Positions 23,137 through 32,774 of a stretch of 64,000 nucleotides of DNA are shown in pieces. The DNA lies in NCBI GenBank assembly GCA_963668025.2, contig CAXXTH010000023.1:64001-128000 (forward strand). Direction: 5' to 3'. Source of the stretch: Candidatus Hydrogenedentota bacterium. Its GTDB lineage: Bacteria; Hydrogenedentota; Hydrogenedentia; Hydrogenedentales; SLHB01. Position numbers and translations under genes: made by a program. The notes under the pieces were generated by a model. That model was not told where the DNA came from. It searched no databases and was given only the letters and a program-made list of their open reading frames with translations. How positions within the stretch are numbered: position 1 is the first letter of the stretch; each line of letters starts with the position of its first letter.

Positions 23137-25953
23137 ATGAGCATGCGAACTCTTCAATACCCTATTTTCGGCGCAGTTCTATTAGCGCTACTCGAGTGGC
23201 CCGCGCTGGCGGATACGAATGCCGTAGTTGAAAACAAATACTTCCGGTTTGAGCTGGGTTCTGATGCGCAAACAAAAGCCTTCATCGACAAAAGCACCGG
23301 GCGGAACTGGTGCGCACCCGGTCCGGCGGCCTCGGTTGAGATGGACGAAAAGGTATACCCCGCCACCAGTGCGGCGGTTCAAGGAAATATTATTACTTAT
23401 GCTTTCGGCTCCACCGGCGTAACCGCAAGCGTGAAATTGGAATCGCAAGAAGACAGCGCCACGTTCGAGCTGGTCGAGCTAACCGGGCCAAATGTATTTC
23501 GGCTCCATTTTCTCATCGTGGATTTTGGACTCAAGGGGGAAGTGGCAGACCCCTTTGCGGCGTGCGGGCTGGGTTGCAACCTAATAACGATGACCGAGGA
23601 GATTCCCGGGCATACCAAGGGCATCCATGCGTATGTGTTTCCCCGTCTCGGATGGAAAGGCGCGAAAGTGATGGTGGCCGCTGCTCCCACCGGCCAATAT
23701 AGGGAGCTTTTGAAAAAAGTGGTGCCCATCAGCGGCATGGCCTATTCAAAACTAGGCGGTCCTTGGGCCCTGGATGCGCCCCAAAACCGGGGCTCCTATC
23801 TCATCGATTTCGGAGGTGAAGTAGGCGAGAATAATATTGATGAATGGATCAATCTGGCGCATGCGCTTGGCGCTAAGCAGATTGATTTCCACACGGGTAA
23901 ATCGATGCGCTTTGGGGATTATGTTCCGAATCCTAAGAATTATCCGAATGGAAAAGAGGGAGTCAAAGCGGTCATCGATAAAATGCACCAGGCAGGGCTT
24001 CTCGCTGGATTGCATACCTATTCGCAGTTTGTGGCGAAGGATTCTCGATTTGTGACGCCCGTGCCAGATCCCAGGCTTGCGAAATTGAAACATTTTACGC
24101 TGAGTTCGGATATTTCAGTGGATGCAAGCGAGATCCCTGTGGATGAATCCACTGCGGATGTCTCGATGATTACCGGCTTTTTTCTGATCAACAGCACCAC
24201 CGTCCAAATCGGAAACGAGTTGATTAACTTCAAAGGCGTGTCGAAAGAACCTCCGTATAAGTTTACAGAATGTGAACGCGGCGCATTCGGTACGAAAGCG
24301 GAGGCGCACGCCAAAGGAGCGGACACGAGCCTGCTCAAACAAATGTTCGAGCTGTTTGTTCCTGATTCCTCGACGGATTTTGTCGAGGAAGTCGCCAGGC
24401 AAACCGCTGAAGTCTACAACGATTGCGGATTTGACATGATCTATCTGGATGCGCTCGATGGCTCCTATTCGTGCAGTATGATCGGAACGGACCATACCCC
24501 TATCGCGACGCGTTTCACATGGGAGTTAAATCGCAATCTGAAGAAACCCGCGATCATGGAGATGAGCACATTTTCGTCTCCCTTGTGGGGTATGCGGAGC
24601 CGGATTGGCGCATGGGATTCCACGATCAAGGCGTTTAAAACGAATTATGATATCCACGCCAGCGCGAATGCAACGCAAAGTGGCAATTTATTGCCAAGCC
24701 ACATGGGGTGGTGGTCCATATATGTACTCAATCGTGAAATGGATGGCATGCAGCCGGAGAGCGTTTATACGGACCATGTCGAGCTCATGTGTACTCGGGC
24801 GCTTGCATACGACTCGTCACTGTCCTATCTTCTAGGCTTTACAATAGAAAACTACAAAAGACTCGAGCATACCCGGCGTCTCTGCGCCTTGATCAAGCAG
24901 TATGAAGAATTGCGATTAGGCAATTACTTCTCGCCTTCCACTCGCGAAAAACTCAAACAACCGGGCAGCGAGTTTACGCTGCAACGGCGTCCAGGCGGCG
25001 GCTGGCGGTTTTCCCCTGCCCATTATGACAAGCATGTGGTGAGCCAAAACAATGCACAAACCCATACATGGGCCGTTGAGAATCCATATAAAAAACAGCC
25101 CGTGAAGCTCCGCATCGAAGCGCTGAGTTCCATGGAAGGGTATGATTCTAGCAACGCAATAGTGCTCGCCGAACCCAGGGAATGGGCCGACCCGGAATCG
25201 ACGGAAGGCGTTTCAGGAAAAGTGGAAGCCAGTGATGGCTGTTGGGATTCCACTTCTGGCTCGACATTGCATCTGGCCGCAACAAATACGACGGACAACC
25301 TCAAAGGCTCCTGGTTCCGCGTGAGCAAAACCTTCACCCCTGATGTGGACATCCGGCATAAAGGGATGGGCTTGATGGTGGAAGGGGATGGAAGCGGCGC
25401 ATCGTTATGGGTGGAATTGGCGAGTCCCAGCCATATGGCGGCGGGCGCTAGCTTGCACCTGATCAAACTCGATTTTACCGGATGGCAATACTTCGAGCTG
25501 GTCGAACTGGAAGGAGATGCGGCTGCAAGTTACACATGGCCGGGCAACACGCGTGCATATGAAAACTGGGTGTCATATGAACATATACACACCATACGCT
25601 TATATATGCGCGATCTCCCAGTGAACACCCCCGTGAAATGTGCGGTATCCACCATAAAAGCGTTGCCGTTGTCTTCATCGGTGACACGCAATCCTTTTGT
25701 CACCGTGAACAACGAGCGGCTCATGTTCCCCGTGGAGATGAAACGCGGCTATTTCCTCGAGTTCAATTCCATTAAGGACTGCAAACTGTATGATGGCGTC
25801 GGCTCGTTCGTGGGCGATATTCAGCCTGAAGGAAACGTCCCCGATTTACAAAAAGGCCAGAATGCCCTTTCTTTTGGCTGCACATCAGAAAACGAAGGGA
25901 GAGCATTACACCGGGTGGTCACCATCAGTACGGGAAAACCGCTTCCAAAATAA
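23137..25953 (+). CDS. Large secreted hypothetical protein, possibly glycoside hydrolase-like
   Basis: 938 aa, signal peptide (..PALA/DT), central segment with GLHTY and FDMIYLDALDG reminiscent of TIM-barrel glycoside hydrolases; family not identified. Confidence 0.6.
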   Translation: MSMRTLQYPIFGAVLLALLEWPALADTNAVVENKYFRFELGSDAQTKAFIDKSTGRNWCAPGPAASVEMDEKVYPATSAAVQGNIITYAFGSTGVTASVKLESQEDSATFELVELTGPNVFRLHFLIVDFGLKGEVADPFAACGLGCNLITMTEEIPGHTKGIHAYVFPRLGWKGAKVMVAAAPTGQYRELLKKVVPISGMAYSKLGGPWALDAPQNRGSYLIDFGGEVGENNIDEWINLAHALGAKQIDFHTGKSMRFGDYVPNPKNYPNGKEGVKAVIDKMHQAGLLAGLHTYSQFVAKDSRFVTPVPDPRLAKLKHFTLSSDISVDASEIPVDESTADVSMITGFFLINSTTVQIGNELINFKGVSKEPPYKFTECERGAFGTKAEAHAKGADTSLLKQMFELFVPDSSTDFVEEVARQTAEVYNDCGFDMIYLDALDGSYSCSMIGTDHTPIATRFTWELNRNLKKPAIMEMSTFSSPLWGMRSRIGAWDSTIKAFKTNYDIHASANATQSGNLLPSHMGWWSIYVLNREMDGMQPESVYTDHVELMCTRALAYDSSLSYLLGFTIENYKRLEHTRRLCALIKQYEELRLGNYFSPSTREKLKQPGSEFTLQRRPGGGWRFSPAHYDKHVVSQNNAQTHTWAVENPYKKQPVKLRIEALSSMEGYDSSNAIVLAEPREWADPESTEGVSGKVEASDGCWDSTSGSTLHLAATNTTDNLKGSWFRVSKTFTPDVDIRHKGMGLMVEGDGSGASLWVELASPSHMAAGASLHLIKLDFTGWQYFELVELEGDAAASYTWPGNTRAYENWVSYEHIHTIRLYMRDLPVNTPVKCAVSTIKALPLSSSVTRNPFVTVNNERLMFPVEMKRGYFLEFNSIKDCKLYDGVGSFVGDIQPEGNVPDLQKGQNALSFGCTSENEGRALHRVVTISTGKPLPK

Positions 25954-25966
25954 CGCATGAGTTTAA

Positions 25967-26020
25967 AATGGGCGGATTTTAGGCTATTGCTTTATCGCAA
26001 GGCCCAAAAATCCGCCCATT
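25967..26020 (+). terminator. Stem-loop after the 938-aa gene
   Basis: AATGGGCGGATTTT...AAAATCCGCCCATT inverted repeat. Confidence 0.65.
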
Positions 26021-26249
26021 CGCATGCAGCGTACAGAATCGCTGTTGGCGGGTAAGCGCCACATTCTCTATTTATCTATTTCGGATTGTCTTCCTAGTTT
26101 AAGCCCTACCTCTTGTTGCACACAGTATGTGAATCCAGGATGCCCTCAAACCTTGCGTTACATCCGCCACATTTGCTATCATCTCTTCGATACATGGACT
26201 TATGCGGCGCATATTAAATAAGCGTCCATACTCCACCTATCATACAGGT

Positions 26250-26327
<78 letters not shown>

Positions 26328-26625
26328 TTTTAAGGCTTTGAGCCTCAAGGACTTACAAAAGATGGTCTTTGGGGCTTTTTGCTTGCCATTTTCGCTGGGG
26401 AGCCATAGGGGATCCAGCAGCTTTCCAAAAACTCGCCTATCCCGAGGAAACTCGCAAAATACATCCGTCAAGCCGCTACTTGTCTTGTGGGTCAATTCGC
26501 CCGGTTGGCTGTTGCCGCTGTGATAGGCTAAACTGCCCGCAAGCGTTTTTCGATGGTTTGCGCAGAGGGATATCCCGTTGAATCTGGTTTCGAGTTCATC
26601 GGAGCCGGGGGAGCACGTGGTTGAT

Positions 26626-28137
26626 ATGAAACTAGCGCTACTTGATAGCATTGTTTTGTTCATCTATGTTTTTAGCATTGTGCTTTTCGGCTCCTGGTTT
26701 GTGAAGCGCAATCGCAATGCTGAGGCGTTCACGTCGGCGCGCCACTCCGTGCCTGGATGGGCCGTGGGGCTGTCAATCTTCGGCACGTATGTGAGCAGCA
26801 TCAGTTTTTTGGCTCTGCCGGGAAAGGCTCTAGTCACGAACTGGAATCCTTTCGTTTTCAGCCTGGGCCTGCCCGTGGCGGCGTGGTTTGCCGTGAAGTT
26901 TTTCGTTCCTTTCTACCGAAAAGGGGGAGACATTTCCGCCTACAGCCACCTTGAAAAGCGCTTTGGCGTGTGGGCGCGCACCTACGCAGGGGGATGTTAT
27001 CTGCTGACCCAGGTCGCCCGGATGGGTTCCGTCATGTACTTGCTGGCGCTACCGCTGCATCAATTGCTGGACTGGGATGTGCGGCTCATCATCATAGGGA
27101 CAGGGCTGCTGGTCACTGTATTCACTATGCTAGGCGGTATCGAAGGCGTTATCTGGACGGACGCCCTTCAGAGCGTGATTCTGATCGTAGGCGCACTGGC
27201 ATGTGCCGTGCTGATCCCTTTGAAGATGCCGGGCGGCCCGCCCCAGCTCTTCCACATAGCCGCTGAACACGGTAAATTCAGCCTGGGGACTTTTAGCCCA
27301 AGCCTTGCGGAGTCCACTTTTTGGGTTGTGCTGGTGTACAGCATCGTGATCAACCTGCAGAATTTCGGCATTGATCAGAGTTATGTGCAACGGTATCTAG
27401 TGGCCAAATCCGACCGCGACGCCCGGCGCTCCGTGTGGCTGGGCGCACTCTTGTACCTGCCAGTATCAGCGGTATTTTTCTTCATCGGCTCGTCTTTGTT
27501 TGCTTTCTACTCGGTGAATCCGGATCTGCTTCCCGAGGCTATCCAACTAGAAGTGGCTAGAGGGAAAGGCGACACGGTGTTTCCTTATTATATCGTTCAT
27601 GAACTGCCTGCCGGCATGACCGGGCTTCTTATCGCGGCCATTTTTTCGGCGGCGGTGAGCACTTTGAGCACGAGCCTGAATTGCTCCGCCACATTGACAC
27701 TGACGGATCTATATCAGCGTTATTTGCGTCCTAAAACCAGCGAAAAGGAGAGCATGGCGGTGCTGTATCTGAGCACGCTGTGCTGGGGAGTGCTCGGGAC
27801 AGTAGTGGCGCTGGCCATGATCCGTGTGCAGAGCGCTCTAGACGCCTGGTGGCAATTGTCGGGCATCTTCGGTGGAGGCATGTTGGGCCTCTTCCTGCTG
27901 GGCATAGTGTCCCGCCGCGCCAACAATCCTGTGGCCGTGACATCCGTTCTTATAGGCATTCTCGTGATTGTATGGATGACCTTCTCACCTAAATGGGAGG
28001 GAGGCCTTGAGGCGTTGCGCAGTCCCTTCCATAGTTTTATGACTATTGTCGTGGGCACTTTGGCCATTCTACTGTGTGGCCTGCTCTTTAGCCGGTTTTG
28101 CCGCCGTCCTAACGCGGGAGCGTACGAGTCTTCATGA
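26626..28137 (+). CDS. Sodium:solute symporter (SSS) family transporter
   Basis: Many hydrophobic helices; [42 protein letters not shown] motifs. Confidence 0.92.
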   Translation: MKLALLDSIVLFIYVFSIVLFGSWFVKRNRNAEAFTSARHSVPGWAVGLSIFGTYVSSISFLALPGKALVTNWNPFVFSLGLPVAAWFAVKFFVPFYRKGGDISAYSHLEKRFGVWARTYAGGCYLLTQVARMGSVMYLLALPLHQLLDWDVRLIIIGTGLLVTVFTMLGGIEGVIWTDALQSVILIVGALACAVLIPLKMPGGPPQLFHIAAEHGKFSLGTFSPSLAESTFWVVLVYSIVINLQNFGIDQSYVQRYLVAKSDRDARRSVWLGALLYLPVSAVFFFIGSSLFAFYSVNPDLLPEAIQLEVARGKGDTVFPYYIVHELPAGMTGLLIAAIFSAAVSTLSTSLNCSATLTLTDLYQRYLRPKTSEKESMAVLYLSTLCWGVLGTVVALAMIRVQSALDAWWQLSGIFGGGMLGLFLLGIVSRRANNPVAVTSVLIGILVIVWMTFSPKWEGGLEALRSPFHSFMTIVVGTLAILLCGLLFSRFCRRPNAGAYESS

Positions 28138-29195
28138 CGCTTGAGCAAAAAAAAGGAGTCCACCGAAACTTCTGGGAAGGAAATGGGCCTTCGCTGATAC
28201 TCATTCCATCGGAGAATGGAGCCCTATATGACATGGCTGGGTATCAAGAGCGCTTTCACAATCCCCGGCTGATGTGGGCCCATGAAATGGAACGGGCCTG
28301 TTCGGGCATCGATTGGCCAACGGATGGCATTCCCTGCGTGCGGCCCAACTTAGGTGTCGTATTCATTCCGGTTACAATGGGACAAACGTACGAGATTCGC
28401 GAGGAACAGATGCCATGGCCCGGCGCTCACTTGTCCTACGATGCGATACAACGAGGAGCCCAGATCGACCTGATTCGGAGCTTCACGATGAGGCTTGCGA
28501 AGGAGTTTTACTCGGCCCACGAGAAAAGTGGCGATGCTGCTACATGCCCTTATCTGCCCGATACGCAGGGTGTGTTAGATTTAGCGCACATTCTTGCGGG
28601 TGATGAACTGTTGCATATGGTCTTGCTGGAGCCGGAATGGGTGGACGAATTGATGGAAGTTGTCCTAGAGCGATATGTCGAGGTGACGCTCGCCATCAAG
28701 GCCCTCATTGGGGAGCCGGAAGGGGAAATGGTCCATGCCCACGGCACGCCACAAGGAGTCTATTTTCCGCACGCGGGCGTGCGCCTTTCCGAAGACTCAG
28801 CGACCTTGCTTTCACCGCAGCTCATCGAGCGGTTTGTGCTGCCCGCAATCGAGCGGGTGGGAAAGAGGTTCGGCGGCGTTTTTGTCCATTATTGCGGCCG
28901 CCACGAGGCGCTGTTCGATATGCTGTGCCGTATGGCCTGTGTGCGGGCCATCGATCTGGGGAATCCCGAGTTCTACGATTCGCGCTGGCTTATGGAGATA
29001 TGCGCCAGCACGGAAACAGCGCTGTATAGCCGCCTGGCGGCGCAGGATGGAGAAGAATGGGAGGCCTACACGCGGCGCTTGGGAGGGCTGGTGCGCGAAA
29101 CGGGCGCGCGCTGTATCTTACGTCCCCTTGTGTTTCCTGAATCCCGACAAGCGTGTGCGGAAATGCTGCATCTTTGGCATGAACTGACGGCATAA
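28134..29195 (+). CDS. Uroporphyrinogen decarboxylase / MtaA-CmuA-like TIM-barrel protein
   Basis: [24 protein letters not shown] (HxC metal motif); ATGA overlap with the SSS gene. Confidence 0.7.
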   Translation: MTLEQKKGVHRNFWEGNGPSLILIPSENGALYDMAGYQERFHNPRLMWAHEMERACSGIDWPTDGIPCVRPNLGVVFIPVTMGQTYEIREEQMPWPGAHLSYDAIQRGAQIDLIRSFTMRLAKEFYSAHEKSGDAATCPYLPDTQGVLDLAHILAGDELLHMVLLEPEWVDELMEVVLERYVEVTLAIKALIGEPEGEMVHAHGTPQGVYFPHAGVRLSEDSATLLSPQLIERFVLPAIERVGKRFGGVFVHYCGRHEALFDMLCRMACVRAIDLGNPEFYDSRWLMEICASTETALYSRLAAQDGEEWEAYTRRLGGLVRETGARCILRPLVFPESRQACAEMLHLWHELTA

Positions 29196-29207
29196 TAAAA
29201 GGTAATA

Positions 29208-30299
29208 ATGTCTCAAACGCCTCAACAACTCATCAGCTACATTGCTCCTGGCGCGCCAGCGCGGCGCAAACCCGCCACTGGCGATGAGCCTTATCTACGT
29301 CCAGAGATTGGCTTCACGCCCAAGTGGTTCCGGCAACGCCTGGACATCGACTTTGGGGCTTCATGGCACACGAACCCGGCGTATCGCCGTGATACGGTGG
29401 TGTCGATGCGCGATGAACTGCTACGCCGGTTTCCAGGATTTCAGTTCTCTTGGATGGATGAGGGCGCCCTCGATCTTCTGACAGGTATGTACGGTGGATG
29501 CCCCATTCCGGCCATCTTCGGCATGGAAACGCTCTTTTCCCGCGATGGATGGCCGGATGCGAAACGGGCCTATATCGGCGAGGATGAAATGGCGCGCCTT
29601 CAGGCTCCCGACTTGGACGTCAATCCGTTCTTTCAGGAAATGATGCGCCAGGTGGACTGGATTGCCCAGCGCGAAGTCCAGGTGAACGGCTATATCAACT
29701 GGCAGGGCATTCTGAACAACGCACTGCGCCTCCGGGGAGACCAGATACTCACGGATCTCCTCGTTTGGCCTGAAAAGTGCCGCCATTTATTCGACTGTAT
29801 CCGCGACACCATGGTGGAAGCCGCTCGAAGGTTGCAGCAGAGAAAGAAGGATACAGGTGTGCATGAAAATTTCATCACGGTCAGCAATTGCGCGGTGAAC
29901 ATGGTTACTCCGCAAATGTACCGAGAGCACTTGCTACCCTATGATGTGGAATTGGCGGAGATCTTCGGCTGCATAGGGATTCATAATTGCGCATGGCCTG
30001 CTACGCCCTATCTGGACGCCTATGCCGAGATTTCCTATGTGGGTTACATTGATATGGGGCTAGATTCCGATCTGGCACGGGCGCGGGAGCTCTTTCCCAC
30101 GGCCCGGCGTGCGCTGATGTACACGCCCATGGACCTGGCGGCCAAGACGGAAGATGCCATCAGCAATGACTTGCGCCGAATCGCATGCGAATATGGGCCT
30201 TGCGATGTCGTGGCGGCCGATATCGAGGCCGGTACGCCGGATCAACGAGTGCAATGGTTTCTCGATCAATGTTCAGTGTTGAGCGCTGAATTTCTATAA
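29208..30299 (+). CDS. Uroporphyrinogen decarboxylase / MtaA-CmuA-like protein
   Basis: QGILNNALRLRG, NCAVNMVTP, GIHNCA (HxC). Confidence 0.7.
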   Translation: MSQTPQQLISYIAPGAPARRKPATGDEPYLRPEIGFTPKWFRQRLDIDFGASWHTNPAYRRDTVVSMRDELLRRFPGFQFSWMDEGALDLLTGMYGGCPIPAIFGMETLFSRDGWPDAKRAYIGEDEMARLQAPDLDVNPFFQEMMRQVDWIAQREVQVNGYINWQGILNNALRLRGDQILTDLLVWPEKCRHLFDCIRDTMVEAARRLQQRKKDTGVHENFITVSNCAVNMVTPQMYREHLLPYDVELAEIFGCIGIHNCAWPATPYLDAYAEISYVGYIDMGLDSDLARARELFPTARRALMYTPMDLAAKTEDAISNDLRRIACEYGPCDVVAADIEAGTPDQRVQWFLDQCSVLSAEFL

Positions 30300-30445
30300 A
30301 AAAGAACATGGGTAGATAAAGAAGCGTCCATTGCACGTGCATGTTTCTTGTAGCGGTCGTTTGTTTAGGCTGCCGTAAAAGGCGTCCTCAGAACCAGGCT
30401 CATTGATTACGGTTATGCCGCGCGTGGAACCATGCATTCTTTGCG

Positions 30446-30541
30446 TCTTGGCGGCTTTGCGTGAGATATATAACTAAAAGTTATACATGTTACGACCACC
30501 TGTACGCCCAACCAATTTGTACACACGCAAAGCCGCCAAGA
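30446..30541. repeat. 18-bp inverted repeat pair (CACGCAAAG-type) between convergent genes
   Basis: TCTTGGCGGCTTTGCGTG at 30446-30463 and CACGCAAAGCCGCCAAGA at 30524-30541; related CTTTGCGC tandem at 34777-34801. Confidence 0.75.
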
Positions 30542-30550
30542 ATGACGATG

Positions 30551-32524
30551 TCAGCTCTTGAGCCAAGCCAGATTGAACTGGTAATGCAGGCCGCTGGATA
30601 TCAGATGGATCATCTTGTCTGGGGTTTGCGTGGCGGCCATATAACCGCATGGTTCGGCATGCGTTTCGTCCGCATGGAAGGATTGGATAGCGCCGCGCGT
30701 CTGGTAATCGCCTGGCCAAGGCGTGAGAAGCTTGCGTACCGGCCAGCTTGCACCCTCGTCCTCGGAGATGGCGGCAAACAGACCGGAGCCCTCGAATACT
30801 TGCCCATCTGCTCCCACAAAGGGGAGCGTTTGTTCCTTGTCGCGCGGCCCGGTGAAGGACACAAACAACAGAGGACCTTCGCTCAGCCGTATCAGCACCA
30901 GGCGCTGGCCGCCAGAAATGGGCGGCCACGGACTGGCGTGATAGGTCCAGGTGCGGCCCATATCCACCGAGAGGCTCATGGGCATCTGGCCATCTATCGA
31001 GTCGCCTCGCCCGAAGGCCATCAGCCGTCCATCGGTGAGGGAAACCACGCCGGCGTGAATGCCCGCAATCGTACCGCCTTGGCCGCCCGCGACGAAGGCC
31101 GGTGCTGGCGCGCCCGCACCCGGATCGTTCCATGTTTGGCCATTGTCGCGGCTGATGTGTATGGCTGCACCGCCGTCTCCGCCATAGACCGCATCGCATG
31201 CTTGGATCATCACGCCATCCGCAGTGCATGATGCGCCAGAAATCACCTGATTACGGGGCTGGTGTTCAGGCTCGATGAGACGTGGTTTGCTCCAGGTCGC
31301 GCCGTTGTCGGTGCTGGTTCGCATCACGAGGGCCAAGTTAGCCCAGCCAGCGCCAGCCTCCAATCCGTTGAAATGATAAATCGTTCCTTTGCCGTCATGA
31401 AACAGGCTGGAACCGGTCATATTCCGGTCGGGAGCTTTAAAAAATTCGCTAGCGGGATCCCAGTGATCGCTGCCTGCCCGGCGTCGGCTCGCCGCAATCG
31501 TCATCTCCCGTCCCCGCTCGGAAATGGTGGAAAACCACACCGCCAGCAGGTCGCCATTGGGACACCACGTGATGGAGGGACAATGATTGTGGGCGTCATA
31601 TAATGGCCCGTTAGCGTCCGCAGGGATGATCACAAACGACTCCGGTTTGGCGAAGAAAGGTTCATGCGAGTCTGGACCATGGGACCAGTCGTATGTGTTC
31701 TGGCGCACCTCTTTCGTCCACAGCGGCGGCTCGGGCGGAGGCATGGGAACGGTGTTGGGCAAATCGGCCTGCACCACGCGAAAGCCGATGAGCCAATGCT
31801 TATCTTCGGGCAATGCGCCCAAGCGGTTGGCGCTCCGCAAAGACTTGAGCTCGGTGTTATGGCTGCCGCCTCGAGAAACCCTCATGTCTCCAGAGGCATA
31901 GCCTAGCGGGTCGGTTTGTGGTTCGGATGGATAGGGACCATAGATGTCGTAACACCACTCTTCCACATTGCCGTGCATATCGTGCAAGCCCCACGGATTA
32001 GGCCGAGTCTGCCCCACTTTGAGTGAAACCGGTTTGGGAGCCCAATCGAATTCTTGGGCGCGTTGGCACTCGAAGGGAAGCGTTTCGCCGGTGCTGAAGG
32101 GCGTCGTGGTTCCGGCGCGGCAAGCATATTCCCACTCCGCTTCCGTGGGGAGGCGATAGGGTTTACCTTCTTTTTCGCTGAGCCACTTGCAGAAATCCAT
32201 GGCTTCATTCCAAGATACGAAAAGCACCGCCTCATCGTCCTCCTGCGAGAGGGCGCGCTTGCCGCGCAATGCGCGATGTGCGGGATCAAACTGTTCGTAT
32301 TGCGCATTGGTTACTTCCGTAACCGACATATAGAACGGCTGGCTAATCGTGACGGCGTGGACCGGCTGTTCGTCGAACTCGCCTTCGGTCGAGCCCATCT
32401 GGAAATCGCCTGGCTCGATACGGACGAGCTTCATGCCAAGCGAATTGTTAATCACTTCGGCCTTAGCTGCGGCTGGCAAGGCCAGAAACAGGATCAACAG
32501 GCCGAGACTACAAAGACCATTCAT
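30551..32524 (-). CDS. FGE/SUMF1-type domain fused to a BNR/Asp-box sialidase-like domain, secreted
   Basis: Signal peptide; TEVTNAQY, RLPTEAEWEYACRAG, DMHGNVEEW, GFRVV; Asp-boxes STDNGATW, SRDNGQTW, SVDMGRTW, SEDEGASW. Confidence 0.85.
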   Translation of the reverse strand: MNGLCSLGLLILFLALPAAAKAEVINNSLGMKLVRIEPGDFQMGSTEGEFDEQPVHAVTISQPFYMSVTEVTNAQYEQFDPAHRALRGKRALSQEDDEAVLFVSWNEAMDFCKWLSEKEGKPYRLPTEAEWEYACRAGTTTPFSTGETLPFECQRAQEFDWAPKPVSLKVGQTRPNPWGLHDMHGNVEEWCYDIYGPYPSEPQTDPLGYASGDMRVSRGGSHNTELKSLRSANRLGALPEDKHWLIGFRVVQADLPNTVPMPPPEPPLWTKEVRQNTYDWSHGPDSHEPFFAKPESFVIIPADANGPLYDAHNHCPSITWCPNGDLLAVWFSTISERGREMTIAASRRRAGSDHWDPASEFFKAPDRNMTGSSLFHDGKGTIYHFNGLEAGAGWANLALVMRTSTDNGATWSKPRLIEPEHQPRNQVISGASCTADGVMIQACDAVYGGDGGAAIHISRDNGQTWNDPGAGAPAPAFVAGGQGGTIAGIHAGVVSLTDGRLMAFGRGDSIDGQMPMSLSVDMGRTWTYHASPWPPISGGQRLVLIRLSEGPLLFVSFTGPRDKEQTLPFVGADGQVFEGSGLFAAISEDEGASWPVRKLLTPWPGDYQTRGAIQSFHADETHAEPCGYMAATQTPDKMIHLISSGLHYQFNLAWLKS

Positions 32525-32774
32525 GGGAAAGCCCCCTATTGAATGCATCCAAAAAACTACCTCATGTCGCTCTAGAGTACCCTTTCCAGGAAATAAACAA
32601 AAACTACGTTGCGAACAGATAATTCTAGGTTTCCAGTTCCACGACGCCTTCAGCACCGCCTCATCTCTCTTTTTACTATTGACGGGCCACAAAAATATCT
32701 GGTATGCTCATTTTTGCTGATTGGAGCATAAACAATCACGAGTTTTCATCAAACATCATCTACGGAGGTGTCCC

